A stretch of 64,000 nt of DNA from Acidobacteriota bacterium (GTDB lineage Bacteria; Acidobacteriota; UBA6911; RPQK01; JAJDTT01), in assembly GCA_965209055.1 (NCBI GenBank), contig OZ242374.1:4960001-5024000 (forward strand). Direction: 5' to 3'. The notes beneath the pieces were generated by a model, which ran no database searches, was not told the origin of the DNA, and worked only from the letters and a program-made list of their open reading frames with translations. Shown in pieces: positions 8,979 to 20,461 of this stretch. Positions within the stretch are counted from its first letter, which is position 1; each line of letters opens with the position of its first letter. Position numbers and translations under genes: made by a program.

Positions 8979-11243
8979 ATGAACCCGATTCAAGCTCCCG
9001 TCACCAAGGATCTGGTTCTGGTCGGCGGCGGTCACAGCCACGTGGGAGTCCTGAAGGGCTTCGGCGCAAAGCCCATGCCGGGCGTTCGCCTGACCCTCGT
9101 CACCCGGGACGTCCACACCCCGTACTCCGGCATGCTTCCGGGCCTGATCGCCGGTCACTACGAATACGACGAGACGCACATCGACCTGGGGCCTCTCTCC
9201 CAGTTTGCGGGCGCCCGCCTCTACCATGATGAGGCCGTCGGCCTGGACCTGGATTCCAAAAGGATTCTGTGCCGGTCCCGGCCGCCCGTGCCCTACGATC
9301 TGATCTCCATCAATATCGGCTCCACTCCCACTCTCGACCCGGTTCCGGGAGCCGCCGAATCGGTGGTTCCGGTCAAGCCCATCGGCAACTTTCTCCACCG
9401 CTGGACCGAGGTCAGGCAACGCGTCCTGGCCAGACCCGGAAGAACCCGCATCGGCGTGGTCGGAGCCGGAGCCGGCGGCGTCGAGCTCCTGTTGTCGGTC
9501 CGCCATGCGCTGGAGACATTGCGCCGGGAATCGGGCCGGCCCCTCCGGCCTCCGGAGTTCCATCTTTTCTTCGAGTCCGGCACCATCCTTCCCACCCACA
9601 ATCAGTGGGTCCGGTCCAAGTTTCAGCGCGTGCTCAGCCGTCGTGGCATCCGGCTCCACCCGGGATTGAGGGTCGTCCGGGTCCGGGGCCGAACCCTGGC
9701 GTTGGAGGACGGGTCCAGCCATGAACTGGATGAGATTCTATGGGTCACACAGGCTTCGGCCCCCGATTGGCTGCGGGAGTCGAAGCTGGAGGTGGACTCC
9801 CGGGGATTCGTGAAAGTCGAAGCCACCCTGGAGTCGACCTCCCATCCGGGAGTCTTCGCCGCGGGAGACGTGGCCGCCGTGGCTTCCCATCCCCGGGAGA
9901 AGGCGGGGGTCTTCGCCGTCCGCCAGGGCAAGCCGCTCGAACGGAATCTCCGGCGGTCCCTGGAGGGACTTCCTCCGAAACCGTTTCATCCCCAGCGGAA
10001 ATTCCTGAGCCTGATCAGCACCGGGGACCGGCGGGCCGTGGCCTCCCGAGGCTCCTGGTCCATGGAGGGGCGTTGGGTCTGGCATTGGAAGGACCGGATC
10101 GACCGGCGATTCATGGCGCGCTTCAACGATCTCCCGGAGATTCAAGCCGCGCCGGCCGTTTCCCCTGGGAGAGGGACCATGAAGACGCCGGCGGCCCCGG
10201 CTGGGGCTCGCCTGATGCGTTGCCGGGGATGCGGATCCAAGGTGGGGGCCGCCGTCCTGGAACGGGTGCTGGGCCGGATCGATCCGGGAAACCTCCCGGA
10301 TGTGGTGCTGGGACTGGAGGCCGGAGAGGACGCGGCTGCGCTGTCGGTCCCGCCGGGACAGACGCTGCTCCAGTCGGTCGACATGTTTCCGGCGATCGTC
10401 GACGATCCTTTTGTCTTCGGCCAGATTGCCGCCAACCACTGTCTGAGCGACATCTTCGCCATGGGCGGCCGGCCCCGGACTGCACTGGCCATCGCTACGC
10501 TGGTCCTGGCTTCCGAAGGCAAAATGGAAGTGACATTGGAGGAGTTGCTGCAAGGCGCGAGACGGGTCCTGCACCGGGCCGGAGCCGAGTTGGTGGGAGG
10601 CCACACCCTGGAGGGCCCCGAGTTGGCCTTGGGATTGGCCGTCTCGGGCCTCGCCGATTCCGGCCGGCTCCTGCGCAAAGGGGCGATGGCGCCCGGAGAC
10701 CGCCTCATCCTGACCAAGCCCCTGGGGACCGGCGCCCTTTTTGCCGCTCAAATGCGGCTGAAGGCCAAGGGCCGCTGGATTCAGGGAGCTCAGGAGTCCA
10801 TGCTGCGGTCCAATCAGCAAGCCGCAGAGAGCTTTCTCCGGCACGCGGTCCATGCCTGCACCGATGTGAGTGGATTCGGTCTCCTGGGGCACCTGTTCGA
10901 AATGGTCCGGGATTCGAACGTCCAGGTCAGGATCTCACTGCCCGCCGTCCCCCTTCTGGAAGGGGCCATCGAGACCGCCGGCGCCGGAATCCACAGCTCG
11001 CTCCATCCTCAAAACCTCCGATTGCAGCAAACGGTTCGGAACCCTAGACTGGCGTCGACAGCACCGGCCTTCCCGCTGTTGTGCGATCCCCAGACCGCGG
11101 GAGGATTGTTGGCCAGCGTGCCTGGCCAACGCGCGGAAACCTGTGTCGAAGAGCTGCGGGCGGGGGGCGACCCCGAGGCAGCTATCATTGGCGCCGTGGA
11201 AGCGAAGGAGGGTGGGCGCGAACCCATCATCATCGACCTCTGA
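8979..11243 (+). CDS. selD: Selenide,water dikinase fused to an N-terminal FAD-dependent oxidoreductase
   Basis: VLVGGGHSH Rossmann motif; CRGCGSKV, SDIFAMGG, GGHT, TDVSGFGLLGH, DPQTAGGLL. Confidence 0.93.
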   Translation: MNPIQAPVTKDLVLVGGGHSHVGVLKGFGAKPMPGVRLTLVTRDVHTPYSGMLPGLIAGHYEYDETHIDLGPLSQFAGARLYHDEAVGLDLDSKRILCRSRPPVPYDLISINIGSTPTLDPVPGAAESVVPVKPIGNFLHRWTEVRQRVLARPGRTRIGVVGAGAGGVELLLSVRHALETLRRESGRPLRPPEFHLFFESGTILPTHNQWVRSKFQRVLSRRGIRLHPGLRVVRVRGRTLALEDGSSHELDEILWVTQASAPDWLRESKLEVDSRGFVKVEATLESTSHPGVFAAGDVAAVASHPREKAGVFAVRQGKPLERNLRRSLEGLPPKPFHPQRKFLSLISTGDRRAVASRGSWSMEGRWVWHWKDRIDRRFMARFNDLPEIQAAPAVSPGRGTMKTPAAPAGARLMRCRGCGSKVGAAVLERVLGRIDPGNLPDVVLGLEAGEDAAALSVPPGQTLLQSVDMFPAIVDDPFVFGQIAANHCLSDIFAMGGRPRTALAIATLVLASEGKMEVTLEELLQGARRVLHRAGAELVGGHTLEGPELALGLAVSGLADSGRLLRKGAMAPGDRLILTKPLGTGALFAAQMRLKAKGRWIQGAQESMLRSNQQAAESFLRHAVHACTDVSGFGLLGHLFEMVRDSNVQVRISLPAVPLLEGAIETAGAGIHSSLHPQNLRLQQTVRNPRLASTAPAFPLLCDPQTAGGLLASVPGQRAETCVEELRAGGDPEAAIIGAVEAKEGGREPIIIDL

Positions 11244-11287
11244 ACGGCCCCGGCAGCCGTAAACCTCATCCTGGAGAAGCAAGAAAG

Positions 11288-11758
11288 ATGATCGAAATCG
11301 GAAAACCAGCCCCTGACTTCAGCCTCAAGAACCAAGCGGACCAGGACGTCCGCCTCAGTGACTTCGACGGCCAGTGGGTCGTCCTCTACTTCTATCCCAG
11401 GGACAACACGCCCGGCTGCACCGTCGAGGCCTGTGAATTCACCGAAGGCGTGGAGGAATTCGCGGCACTCGATGCCGTGGTCCTGGGTTGCAGCCCCGAC
11501 ACCACCCGCAAGCATCGCAATTTCATCGACAAGTTCGACCTGAAGATTTCCCTCCTTTCGGATCCCGATCACGAGGTCATGGAGGAATACCAGGCCTGGG
11601 GCGAAAAGAAGATGTACGGCAGGACATTCATGGGCGTGAAACGCTCCACCGTGATCATCGATCCGTCCGGCAACGTGGCTCACCACTGGCGCAGTGTCAG
11701 AGCCAAGGGACACGCCGGGAAGGTGCGGGACAAGCTGGAGACTCTGAGATCCGCCTGA
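11288..11758 (+). CDS. bcp: Thioredoxin-dependent peroxiredoxin (BCP/PrxQ)
   Basis: YFYPRDNTPGCTVEAC motif. Confidence 0.95.
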   Translation: MIEIGKPAPDFSLKNQADQDVRLSDFDGQWVVLYFYPRDNTPGCTVEACEFTEGVEEFAALDAVVLGCSPDTTRKHRNFIDKFDLKISLLSDPDHEVMEEYQAWGEKKMYGRTFMGVKRSTVIIDPSGNVAHHWRSVRAKGHAGKVRDKLETLRSA

Positions 11759-11852
11759 GGCCTCGCCGAGGCCCTGGATTCGCCTCGACGGACGACTCCG
11801 GAATCCGACCAACTGGGAGCTCCCCCACCGGCCCGGTCCGGCGGACGGGAGC

Positions 11853-11933
11853 GGGAGCGGCGATTTCCTAACCGCCGAACTCGAGAGTGACAACTTTGGC
11901 GACGATGACTGGGCGATTGGAAATCGTCCCCCC
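11853..11933. repeat. Degenerate REP doublet (REPIN-like) between convergent genes
   Basis: gggagcggcgatttcctaaccgcc (11853-11876) roughly inverted relative to ggcgattggaaatcgtccccc (11912-11932). Confidence 0.45.
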
Positions 11934-11939
11934 TTTTTC

Positions 11940-12530
11940 TCAGAGGGAGCGAGCCGCCTCGTATCGGCTGATCTTGTCCTCGTGGCGGAGGGTGAGTCCG
12001 ATCTCGTCGAGCCCCTCCAACAGGCAGTGCCGGCGGAACGGCTCCACCGGGAACTCCAGTCTCAGACCCAGGCCATCCCGGAGGGTGCAGCTCTCCAGGT
12101 CCACCGTCAGGGTGTAGTCCGGGTTTTCCCGGACGCGCCGGAAGAGGTCCCTCACCTGCCGCCCGGGGAGCCTGATGGGCAGCATCCCGTTCTTGAAGCA
12201 GTTGTTGTAGAAGATGTCGGCGAACGAGGGCGCGATTACGGTCCGGAATCCGTAGTCCAGCAACGCCCAGGGGGCATGTTCCCGGGAGGACCCGCAGCCG
12301 AAATTGCTGCCCGTCAACAACACGGTGGCGCCACGGAAATGGGACTGATTCAACTCGAAACGGGGGTCGAGGCTCCCGTCTTCGAGGAACCTCCAGTCAT
12401 GGAAGAGAAACCGGCCGAACCCGCTTCGCTCGATCCGCTTCAGGAACTGCTTGGGAATGATCTGGTCGGTATCCACGTTGGCCCGATCCAGGGTGGCCAC
12501 CTTGCCCGTTTCCCGCCGGTAGGGTTCCAT
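11940..12530 (-). CDS. leuD: 3-isopropylmalate dehydratase small subunit
   Basis: [28 protein letters not shown]. Confidence 0.98.
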   Translation of the reverse strand: MEPYRRETGKVATLDRANVDTDQIIPKQFLKRIERSGFGRFLFHDWRFLEDGSLDPRFELNQSHFRGATVLLTGSNFGCGSSREHAPWALLDYGFRTVIAPSFADIFYNNCFKNGMLPIRLPGRQVRDLFRRVRENPDYTLTVDLESCTLRDGLGLRLEFPVEPFRRHCLLEGLDEIGLTLRHEDKISRYEAARSL

Positions 12531-12540
12531 AGCGATTGCC

Positions 12541-13941
12541 TCAGAGCCAGTCTCGAATATCCACGAACCTTCCCTGGATCGCCGCCGCCGCCGCCATGGC
12601 GGGACTCACCAAGTGGGTCCGTCCGCCTTTCCCCTGACGGCCCTCGAAATTCCGGTTAGAGGTGGAAGCGCAGCGCTGTCCGGGCTGAAGGACGTCGGGG
12701 TTCATGCCCAGGCACATGCTGCAACCCGACTCCCGCCAGTCGAACCCTGCCTCGATGAAGATCCGATCCAGTCCTTCCGCTTCGGCCTGTCCCTTCACTC
12801 GCTGGGAACCGGGAACCACCATGGCATAGACCTGCTCGTCCACCTTCCGTCCCCGGGCGATGCGGGCGGCGCTGCGCAGGTCCTCGATTCGGGAATTGGT
12901 GCAGGATCCGATGAAAACCCGGTCCACGCGAACTCTCTGCACCGGAGTTCCCGGATCCAGATCCATGTAGTCCAGGGCTCTCCGTCCCGACTCCCGGTCC
13001 GCTTCTTCGTCAAAGGCTTCCGGATCGGGAACCACGCCCGTCACATCCACCACCATTGCAGGATTGGTTCCCCAACTCACCTGGGGCGCCAGGGAATCCA
13101 CGTCCAGGTCCACGTCCCGGTGGAATTCGGCCTGGGGATCGCTGGGGAGGAGCCGCCACCGGTCCACCGCCTCCTGGTAGTCCCTTCCCCGTGGGACGAA
13201 TGGGCGTCCCTCCAGATACTCGTAGGTGGTTTCGTCGGGCGCTACCATTCCGGCCCGGGCCCCCGCCTCAATGGACATGTTGCACAGCGTCATCCGCTCC
13301 TCCATGGAGAAGCCTTCGACCGCCGGCCCGGCGTACTCGATGACATGTCCCACTGCGCCATCCGTCCCCATGGTGCGAATCATGTAGAGAATCACGTCCT
13401 TGGCGGTCACGCCGGCAGAGAGCCTGCCGGAAAAGTGGACCCGCATGGTCCGCGGCCGGCTCTGGATCAGACACTGGGTGGCCAGTACGTGCTCCACCTC
13501 GCTGGTGCCGATTCCGAAGGCCAAGGCTCCGAAGGCGCCATGGGTCGACGTGTGGCTGTCGCCGCAAACCATGGTCAGCCCCGGACGAGTCAGGCCCAGC
13601 TCCGGCCCGATCACGTGCACGATGCCCTGATTCCGGCTGTCCAGATCGTAGAGGGTGACCCCGAACTCCCGGCAATTCCGGCGAAGCGTCTCCACCTGCT
13701 TTCTGGCGATGAGGTCGGCAATGGGCAACTTCTGATCGACGGTGGGGATGTTGTGATCCACCGTTGCCGTCGTCAGGCCGGGACGCCTGACCCCTCGTCC
13801 CGCCTGACGCAGGCCTTCGAAGGCCTGGGGCGAAGTGACCTCGTGCACCAGGTGGCGATCGATGTAGAGGAGGTCCGGCCGCCCGGATTCCTGGTGAACC
13901 ACGTGATCGTCCCAAATCTTCGCGAAGAGGGTCTTGGGCAT
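12541..13941 (-). CDS. leuC: 3-isopropylmalate dehydratase large subunit
   Basis: [31 protein letters not shown]. Confidence 0.98.
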   Translation of the reverse strand: MPKTLFAKIWDDHVVHQESGRPDLLYIDRHLVHEVTSPQAFEGLRQAGRGVRRPGLTTATVDHNIPTVDQKLPIADLIARKQVETLRRNCREFGVTLYDLDSRNQGIVHVIGPELGLTRPGLTMVCGDSHTSTHGAFGALAFGIGTSEVEHVLATQCLIQSRPRTMRVHFSGRLSAGVTAKDVILYMIRTMGTDGAVGHVIEYAGPAVEGFSMEERMTLCNMSIEAGARAGMVAPDETTYEYLEGRPFVPRGRDYQEAVDRWRLLPSDPQAEFHRDVDLDVDSLAPQVSWGTNPAMVVDVTGVVPDPEAFDEEADRESGRRALDYMDLDPGTPVQRVRVDRVFIGSCTNSRIEDLRSAARIARGRKVDEQVYAMVVPGSQRVKGQAEAEGLDRIFIEAGFDWRESGCSMCLGMNPDVLQPGQRCASTSNRNFEGRQGKGGRTHLVSPAMAAAAAIQGRFVDIRDWL

Positions 13942-14052
13942 GTCTATGAGTTGTTCCCCTGGCTGGTTGAGGACTGCTCAGCCGGGCAGTCCAAGATGGT
14001 GCTCCGCCGGCCCCGGATGGGTGCCGCAAAGGGGCCGGCCCGCCGGGACCCG

Positions 14053-15600
14053 TCAGGCCGAGGCGCTGCGCGGCGCCTCCCTCTCCAACCTGCCGGCTTC
14101 GTACAGAGCCTTGTTGACGGCGTTCAGATAAGCGCGGGCGCTGGCATCGATGACATCGACGCTGGCGGCCTTCCCCGTGTATCCGATTCCGCCGAACCTG
14201 GTTCGAACAAAGACTTCACCCAGGGCGTCCTTGCCCCGGCTCACGGCGCTGACGTTGTAATCCAGCAGCCGGCCGGAGATCCCCGTAATCTGGTCGATGG
14301 CCTTGTAGATGGCATCGATGGGGCCGTCGCCGTGGGCGGTGGCGACGAACTCGTCGTCACCCTGCTGGAGCTGGACCACAGCCGATGCCAGTTGCTGGTT
14401 CCCGCCCTGCGCATGAACGTACTTGAGCTTGTAGGTGTCCGGAATCGTCTTGATTCCGTCCTGGATGATGGTGATCAGATCTTCGTCGAAGATCTCCTTC
14501 TTCTGATCCGCCAACTTGGTAAAAAAGAAATAGGCTCGGTGCAATTCGTCGCGGGAGAGTTCGTAGCCCAGATCCTGGTACTTCCGAAGGAGGGCGTGGC
14601 GTCCGCTGTGCTTGCCCAGCACCAGCGAACTGCTCTTGAGACCCACCGACTGGGGAGTCATGATCTCGTAGGTCTGGGCATTCTTGAGCATCCCGTCCTG
14701 GTGGATTCCCGCCTCGTGCGCGAAGGCGTTCTTGCCCACGATGGCCTTGTTGGCCTGGACGAAGCTTCCGGTCAAGTTCACCACCATGCGGCTCGCCGCG
14801 TAGAGCTCCTCCGAAACGATGTCGGTGTAGAAGGGCAGGATGCTGCCGCGGGTCCGCAGCATCATGACGATCTCTTCCAGTGAGGCGTTCCCCGCCCGTT
14901 CGCCGATGCCGTTGATGGTGCATTCCACCTGGCGGCAACCGCGCTCCAACGCGGTCAGCGTATTGGCCACGGCCAGCCCCAGATCGTTGTGGCAGTGGGT
15001 GCTGAAAATCGCGTGCTCATGGTGGGAGAGGCGGGAGCGGAGGATCTGGATCAAAGCCCCGTACTCACCGGGAACGGAATAGCCCACCGTGTCGGGGATG
15101 TTGACCGTCGTGGCGCCCGCTTCCAGGACAGCGTCGAACACCTCCACCAGGTAGTCGATGTCGCTCCTGGTGGCGTCCTCGGCGGAGAACTCAACGTCCT
15201 CACAAAGGTCCCGGGCAATCTTGACGGCCTCCACCGAGGCCTCCAGCACTTCGGTCCGGGATCTTCTGAGCTTGTGTTTCAGGTGGATGTCCGAAGTGGC
15301 GATGAAGGTGTGAATCCGGGGTTTGTACGCTCGCTGCAGGGCCTCCCAGGCCCGCTCGATGTCCATTCGATTGGCCCGGCAGAGACCGGCGATGGTGGGC
15401 TCCCGCACCTCGGCGGCAATGGCCTGCACCGCCTCGAAGTCTCCCTGGGAAGCGATGGGGAACCCGGCCTCGATGATGTCCACGTTCAGCCGTTCCAGCT
15501 GACGGGCCATCTTCAGCTTTTCCTGAAGGTTCATGGAGCATCCGGGAGACTGCTCGCCGTCACGCAACGTGGTGTCGAAGATGTAGATTTTTTCCGACAT
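14053..15600 (-). CDS. leuA: 2-isopropylmalate synthase
   Basis: [24 protein letters not shown], regulatory C-terminal domain. Confidence 0.98.
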   Translation of the reverse strand: MSEKIYIFDTTLRDGEQSPGCSMNLQEKLKMARQLERLNVDIIEAGFPIASQGDFEAVQAIAAEVREPTIAGLCRANRMDIERAWEALQRAYKPRIHTFIATSDIHLKHKLRRSRTEVLEASVEAVKIARDLCEDVEFSAEDATRSDIDYLVEVFDAVLEAGATTVNIPDTVGYSVPGEYGALIQILRSRLSHHEHAIFSTHCHNDLGLAVANTLTALERGCRQVECTINGIGERAGNASLEEIVMMLRTRGSILPFYTDIVSEELYAASRMVVNLTGSFVQANKAIVGKNAFAHEAGIHQDGMLKNAQTYEIMTPQSVGLKSSSLVLGKHSGRHALLRKYQDLGYELSRDELHRAYFFFTKLADQKKEIFDEDLITIIQDGIKTIPDTYKLKYVHAQGGNQQLASAVVQLQQGDDEFVATAHGDGPIDAIYKAIDQITGISGRLLDYNVSAVSRGKDALGEVFVRTRFGGIGYTGKAASVDVIDASARAYLNAVNKALYEAGRLEREAPRSASA

Positions 15601-15697
15601 GGGCCCCTTCCCAGAGTTGGACTCAACCGAAAAATAGCCTTAAACAGTAGCAGGACTGATCCTTCCAGGTCAATTTTCGCCGCCGGAGGGAGCGCCT

Positions 15698-16813
15698 TCA
15701 GATCACCCGCTGCACGAACCAGAACCCCCCCAGACCCAGCATCAGGGCGGATGCCAGATTGATGGCGACCGGGTGCCAGCGCCGCCGGCTCAGGTAGAGG
15801 ACCGCGGGAAAAAGGAGGAGAAGGATCGCGAGTTGTCCCACCTCCACGCCCAGATTGAACGAGAGGAGGGAGACGGCCAGCCCTGACCTGGGAAGCTGCA
15901 TCTCCCGCAGCACATTGGAAAACCCGAATCCGTGAATCAGTCCGAAGAAGAAGGTGATGACCCAGCGGTACTGCACCTCCCGCACGAACATGTTCTCGAG
16001 AGCGACATAGCAGATGCTCAATGCAATGGCCGCCTCCACGAACCGGGTGGGCAGGATGACCAGGTCCAGTGTGGCCAGAATCAGCGTCAGGCTGTGGGCA
16101 ATCGTGAACGAGGAAACGACACCGACCAGAGACTTCAGGGTGCCTCCCAGAATGATCAGCCCCAACAGAAAAGCCAGATGATCGTAACCGGTGAGGATGT
16201 GCTCCACTCCCAGAACCAGGAAACGGCCCGCCCGGCGGACGAGACCGGCCCATCCCGTCAGCACCTCGATCCTCTCCACCGGCCGGCCGACATCAAGAAC
16301 GTACTGGGTGAGCTCCCCGCCCATGTTGACCTGGCAGAAGGTCTGGTGGCGGTCGTCGGTGAGCTTGTGGAAGGCGGATTCCAGTTGAAGTTCCCCCGGT
16401 GTTTCCTGAAATCGATGGTCCAGGGACAATTCCAACTCCCCCGAGTCCAGGATCCGGAAGTTTTTCACACGGGTGTCTGCCGTCTGCTCTCCGCTCAGCA
16501 TTCGGAAAGTCTCAAGGAGCCGGGACTGGATGTCCTCACGCCGCGCGGAAACCTCCTCATACTCGAGAACCCCGTCGCGGTTCGCATCCAATTCGGGAAG
16601 AAAGTTCAGGTCCAGAATCGAAATACGAATCGTGGACCGCACCTGGGCCGGCTCCACCTGAATCGACCAGTAACCCACCGAGCCCTGGTGTGCGTGAAGC
16701 TGAGACGAGGAAACAACCAGCCAGGCCAGGCAACCCCACCAGCTCAATGCGAGGGGGGACGCACGGATCAACGGGGATTTCCGAGGACAGGCCGCCGAGC
16801 CGGAAGTCGTCAT
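15698..16813 (-). CDS. HupE/UreJ family membrane protein with periplasmic N-terminal domain
   Basis: GVEHILTGYDHLAF, FTIAHS, FGLIHGFGF, SFNLGVE. Confidence 0.9.
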   Translation of the reverse strand: MTTSGSAACPRKSPLIRASPLALSWWGCLAWLVVSSSQLHAHQGSVGYWSIQVEPAQVRSTIRISILDLNFLPELDANRDGVLEYEEVSARREDIQSRLLETFRMLSGEQTADTRVKNFRILDSGELELSLDHRFQETPGELQLESAFHKLTDDRHQTFCQVNMGGELTQYVLDVGRPVERIEVLTGWAGLVRRAGRFLVLGVEHILTGYDHLAFLLGLIILGGTLKSLVGVVSSFTIAHSLTLILATLDLVILPTRFVEAAIALSICYVALENMFVREVQYRWVITFFFGLIHGFGFSNVLREMQLPRSGLAVSLLSFNLGVEVGQLAILLLLFPAVLYLSRRRWHPVAINLASALMLGLGGFWFVQRVI

Positions 16814-17898
16814 CAGGGACGATGGACCCCCGCCCGCTGCAGTTCCTCCTCAACCAATTTCTTGATGCTTTCGTAGGGTTTGGAACCCTTCAGCACCCGG
16901 CCGTTGATGTAAACCGCCGGCGTCCCTGAGACTCCGGCCGCCATTCCGTCCTCCAGATCCTGCTGGACGGTGGCCGCATACTTGCCCGACTCCAGACACT
17001 GGTTGAATGCCTCCGGATCCAGATTCAGTTTCTTGGCTTTGGTCGTCAAGTCCCTGGGCCCCAACTTCTTGATGTCGCCGAAGAGAGCGTCGTGCATCTC
17101 CCAGAACCGGCCCTGATCGAATGCGCACAGGGAAGCCTCCGCCGCCTTCTGAGCGTGCGCATGGATACTTCTCAGGGGAAACTGCCGGAAGACCACCCGG
17201 ACCTTCCCTGGATACTCGCCGGCGATCTTTTTCACGACGGGGGCGAGACGCGCGCAGTAGGGGCACTGAAAGTCGGAAAACTCCACCAGGGTGACCGGCG
17301 CGTCCATCGGTCCCAAAGACGGACTGCTAAGCGTCCGGATCTCCACCCGGTTCGGCTCCAGCAACGACTCGACCTGGCTCGCTGCCTTGAGACGGTCCAC
17401 AAATGCTTGATAGCGCTTCTGGTACCGCTGCCGACTCAGATATCTCCGAATCTCTCCGGACATCTCCTCGAGGGACTTTTTCAGCTTCTTCCGGTTGCTC
17501 TGGTAAAAACCGGCCACCTCCTGATCGGTGGCCGGCTTCATGCCGACGCTCACTTCCAGACGCAGCAACTCCTGCACCGGGAGCGACCGCCGCTTGGCTT
17601 CCTGCTCCAACAGTTTCAGGCCCACCAGCCGATCCAGATTCGACTCGACCGTGTCGTGGACCTTCTGTTTGTGCTTCGCCTCGTACTGTAGACGGGTCAA
17701 GCGGAGTTGCTTCAGGTCGGAGGCAGCGGCCTGGCGGACTTCGTCCTCCGTAACGGCCACTCCGTTGACCCGGGCCAGCACACGGCCCTTTTCCGGCTGG
17801 GCACCCATCGATACCCCAAGGCAACCGGCCAACGCCGTGGCCGCCAGAATAAGAAGGACTCCACCCCGGCGGGTGGTCCGGTGTGATGCGTACTTCAT
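16813..17898 (-). CDS. Exported DsbA-family thioredoxin-domain protein
   Basis: Signal peptide, EFSDFQCPYC, GVSGTP. Confidence 0.9.
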   Translation of the reverse strand: MKYASHRTTRRGGVLLILAATALAGCLGVSMGAQPEKGRVLARVNGVAVTEDEVRQAAASDLKQLRLTRLQYEAKHKQKVHDTVESNLDRLVGLKLLEQEAKRRSLPVQELLRLEVSVGMKPATDQEVAGFYQSNRKKLKKSLEEMSGEIRRYLSRQRYQKRYQAFVDRLKAASQVESLLEPNRVEIRTLSSPSLGPMDAPVTLVEFSDFQCPYCARLAPVVKKIAGEYPGKVRVVFRQFPLRSIHAHAQKAAEASLCAFDQGRFWEMHDALFGDIKKLGPRDLTTKAKKLNLDPEAFNQCLESGKYAATVQQDLEDGMAAGVSGTPAVYINGRVLKGSKPYESIKKLVEEELQRAGVHRP

Positions 17899-18023
17899 GA
17901 AGCCTCCCGGCCCTGAATGAGTTCCGGCTCAGTCTACTACGACTGGGAGCCGAGGCGCGAAGGATCAGTGGAGGTCGACTGGAACGTCTCTCCGTTGCCG
18001 CTTGTCCGTCTCGGTTTGAACCA

Positions 18024-19268
18024 CTACAGCCGTGTGACCCGCACCCGCAGGAGGAGGCAGTACGCGGCGACTCCTCCCATCAGTACGCTTCCCACCAAAA
18101 GGGCGAAGGGTGCGGAGACCCGGGAGGCCAGCAGTCCTGCCACCAGATTTCCGACTGGCATCCCTCCCCTCATGGCCAGATTGAAGATGCTCAGGACTCG
18201 CCCGCGCATCTCTTCCGTCGTGGCTTCCTGGACCAGCGTCATGACGGAGGCAAAGAGCACCATCAGGCAGACTCGGCAGAGGAAGAGAAGCAGCAGCCCC
18301 AGGTAGAGGTTCGTGGAGACGGCGAACAGGGCCAATAGCAGGGCCAGGACGACCTGGACCTGAATGCTGAACCGGCCTCTGCGGGTCATCCATCCCAGGT
18401 TGGCCGAAATCAGTGCCCCCACCACCGCTCCAATGCCCGAGCAGGTCATCATCCCGGCATACCCCTCGGGCCCCATGCCGTAGATGTCCCGCGCGTAGAC
18501 CGGCAGGAGCATCGTCATGGGAAGGGCGCTGAAAGTCAGGACGAAACCCAGAAAACTCAGTTGCCAGAGCGCCTTGCGGGCCCGTACGAAACGGAGGCCG
18601 TTCCGGATCCCTTCCCAGACCGTCTCCTTCCTGGCGGCGGGCCGGAAACTGCTCTTTATGAGGTAGAGGCTGCAGATCACCGCCACAAAGGAGAGCCCGT
18701 TGAGTCCGAAACAGGCGACAGCGCCATAGGAGGTCATGATCAACCCGGCCAGGACCGGTCCGATGACCAGAGCGAGATTGAACTGGATCGAATTCAGCGC
18801 AACCGCGTTGGCCATGTCCCGGCGTTTCACCAGGCCGGGAATCAGAGCGGCAAAGGCCGGAGCACCGAACGCCTGGGCGGTCCCCACCACCGTCACCAGG
18901 ACCAGGAAATGCCACAGCTCGACCTCGCCGGCGAAGACCAGAAGCGTCAGGATGAACGCCGAGACCATCTGGCCGTACTGGGAGAAGAGCAGAAGCTTTC
19001 TGCGGTCCACCCGATCGGCGGCGGCTCCTCCCACAAGGGCCAGCAGGACGATGGGCATTTGAGACAGAAAACCGATCAAACCCAGATAGAAGGGGGAGTT
19101 GGTCAGGGTGAGGACCAGCCAGGACTGGGCCGTCGTCTGCATCCAGGTCCCGATGGCGGAGGTGCAGGCGCCGGTCCACATCAAGCGGAAATCGCGGTAC
19201 CGGAAGGCCTGAAAGGTTCGCAGAAAAACGCCGGCCCGGGATGGAGGAGCCGATTCCGAGTCTCCCAT
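18024..19268 (-). CDS. MFS transporter
   Basis: About 12 hydrophobic segments, GGAAADRVDRRK motif A. Confidence 0.9.
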   Translation of the reverse strand: MGDSESAPPSRAGVFLRTFQAFRYRDFRLMWTGACTSAIGTWMQTTAQSWLVLTLTNSPFYLGLIGFLSQMPIVLLALVGGAAADRVDRRKLLLFSQYGQMVSAFILTLLVFAGEVELWHFLVLVTVVGTAQAFGAPAFAALIPGLVKRRDMANAVALNSIQFNLALVIGPVLAGLIMTSYGAVACFGLNGLSFVAVICSLYLIKSSFRPAARKETVWEGIRNGLRFVRARKALWQLSFLGFVLTFSALPMTMLLPVYARDIYGMGPEGYAGMMTCSGIGAVVGALISANLGWMTRRGRFSIQVQVVLALLLALFAVSTNLYLGLLLLFLCRVCLMVLFASVMTLVQEATTEEMRGRVLSIFNLAMRGGMPVGNLVAGLLASRVSAPFALLVGSVLMGGVAAYCLLLRVRVTRL

Positions 19269-19326
19269 GGCGCCGGTATTATGGCTTTCCCGTGCCGCAC
19301 ACGGCAACGGCGGACGGCGCAGCCTC

Positions 19327-20427
19327 TCACGGGCTGAAGAGAAACTCCACCACGTCTCCGTCCTGTATCTCGTAATCCCTGCCCTCGGTGCGGATCAGGC
19401 CCTTCTGGTGCATCTCTTTCCAGTCCCCGGTCCGGCAGAGCTCCGGGCCGGACACAACCTGGGCACGGATGAATCCTTGTTCCATGTCGGTGTGGATCTT
19501 TCCGGCCGCCCGGACGGCCGGTGTGCCCCGGGGAATCTCCCAGGCCCGGAGCTTTTTTCGGGCGATGGTGTAGAAGGTCACCAGATCCAGGATTTGGAAC
19601 CCCCGTCTGATCAGCCGTTCCGGACCCGGGGCCGGCAGGTCCAGTTCGTTCAGGAACTCCTCCCTGTCCTCGGGATCCAACTGCTGAAGTTCATGATCCA
19701 GGGATGCCGAGACCACCAGAACCGGGTTCGGGCCGGCGGGAGCCACCTCCGCCCTGAGCGACCGGACGCAGGGCTGGTCCTCGCCGAGCGAATAGTCCTC
19801 CTCGGCGACGTTGGCCACATAGACGACAGGCTTGCCCGTCAACAGCCCGAGTCCTTTGAGGCGCCGCTGTGCCTGCGGGTCCAGGTCCAGCGACCTGAGG
19901 GGAACCCCCTCTTCCAGGCATCGTTGGAAAAGAAGAAACTGCTCCTTCTCCCGGGCATGGGTCCGGGGATCGGTCCTCCACGTGTTTTGCTGCTTGGAGA
20001 CGATCCGGCCAAGGACCTCCAAGTCGGCCAACATCAGTTCCGTTTCCACGACCGACACGTCCCGGGCGGGGTCCACCCGATCCAGGACATGGACGATATC
20101 CGGCTCCGGGAAACAGCGCACCAAGTGGACGAGAGCGTCGACCTGCCGGATATGACCGAGGAACTGGTTCCCCAGGCCCTCGCCCCGGCTGGCGCCCCGC
20201 ACCAGGCCGGCGATGTCGATGCACTGCACGAAACAGGGCGTGCACTCGCTGGGCGCCAGCAACCGCTCCAAGTCCCGGAGCCGCGGGTCCGGGACCGGCA
20301 CCTGGCCCACATTCTGGTCGATGGTGGCGAAGGGATAGTTGGATACGCCCGCCGCGCCCGAGGTCAGCGCGTTGAAGAGGGTGGACTTGCCCACGTTGGG
20401 CAGGCCGACGATCCCCAGCGAGAGCAT
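19327..20427 (-). CDS. ychF: Redox-regulated ATPase YchF
   Basis: GLPNVGKST, NYPFATI, DIAGLV, C-terminal TGS domain. Confidence 0.97.
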   Translation of the reverse strand: MLSLGIVGLPNVGKSTLFNALTSGAAGVSNYPFATIDQNVGQVPVPDPRLRDLERLLAPSECTPCFVQCIDIAGLVRGASRGEGLGNQFLGHIRQVDALVHLVRCFPEPDIVHVLDRVDPARDVSVVETELMLADLEVLGRIVSKQQNTWRTDPRTHAREKEQFLLFQRCLEEGVPLRSLDLDPQAQRRLKGLGLLTGKPVVYVANVAEEDYSLGEDQPCVRSLRAEVAPAGPNPVLVVSASLDHELQQLDPEDREEFLNELDLPAPGPERLIRRGFQILDLVTFYTIARKKLRAWEIPRGTPAVRAAGKIHTDMEQGFIRAQVVSGPELCRTGDWKEMHQKGLIRTEGRDYEIQDGDVVEFLFSP

Positions 20428-20461
20428 TGGATCATTTTAGAGGAATGAGGAAAGAGGAGCG

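Noticed and set aside
10210-10245. Selenocysteine recoding in selD (also checked bcp and the CMD protein)
   Set aside because: Active sites use Cys codons; no in-frame TGA
12613-14883. 756-aa plus-strand ORF
   Set aside because: Antisense shadow of leuC and leuA
11940-15600. leuB missing from the leu cluster
   Set aside because: Split leu operons are common; leuB is probably elsewhere in the genome
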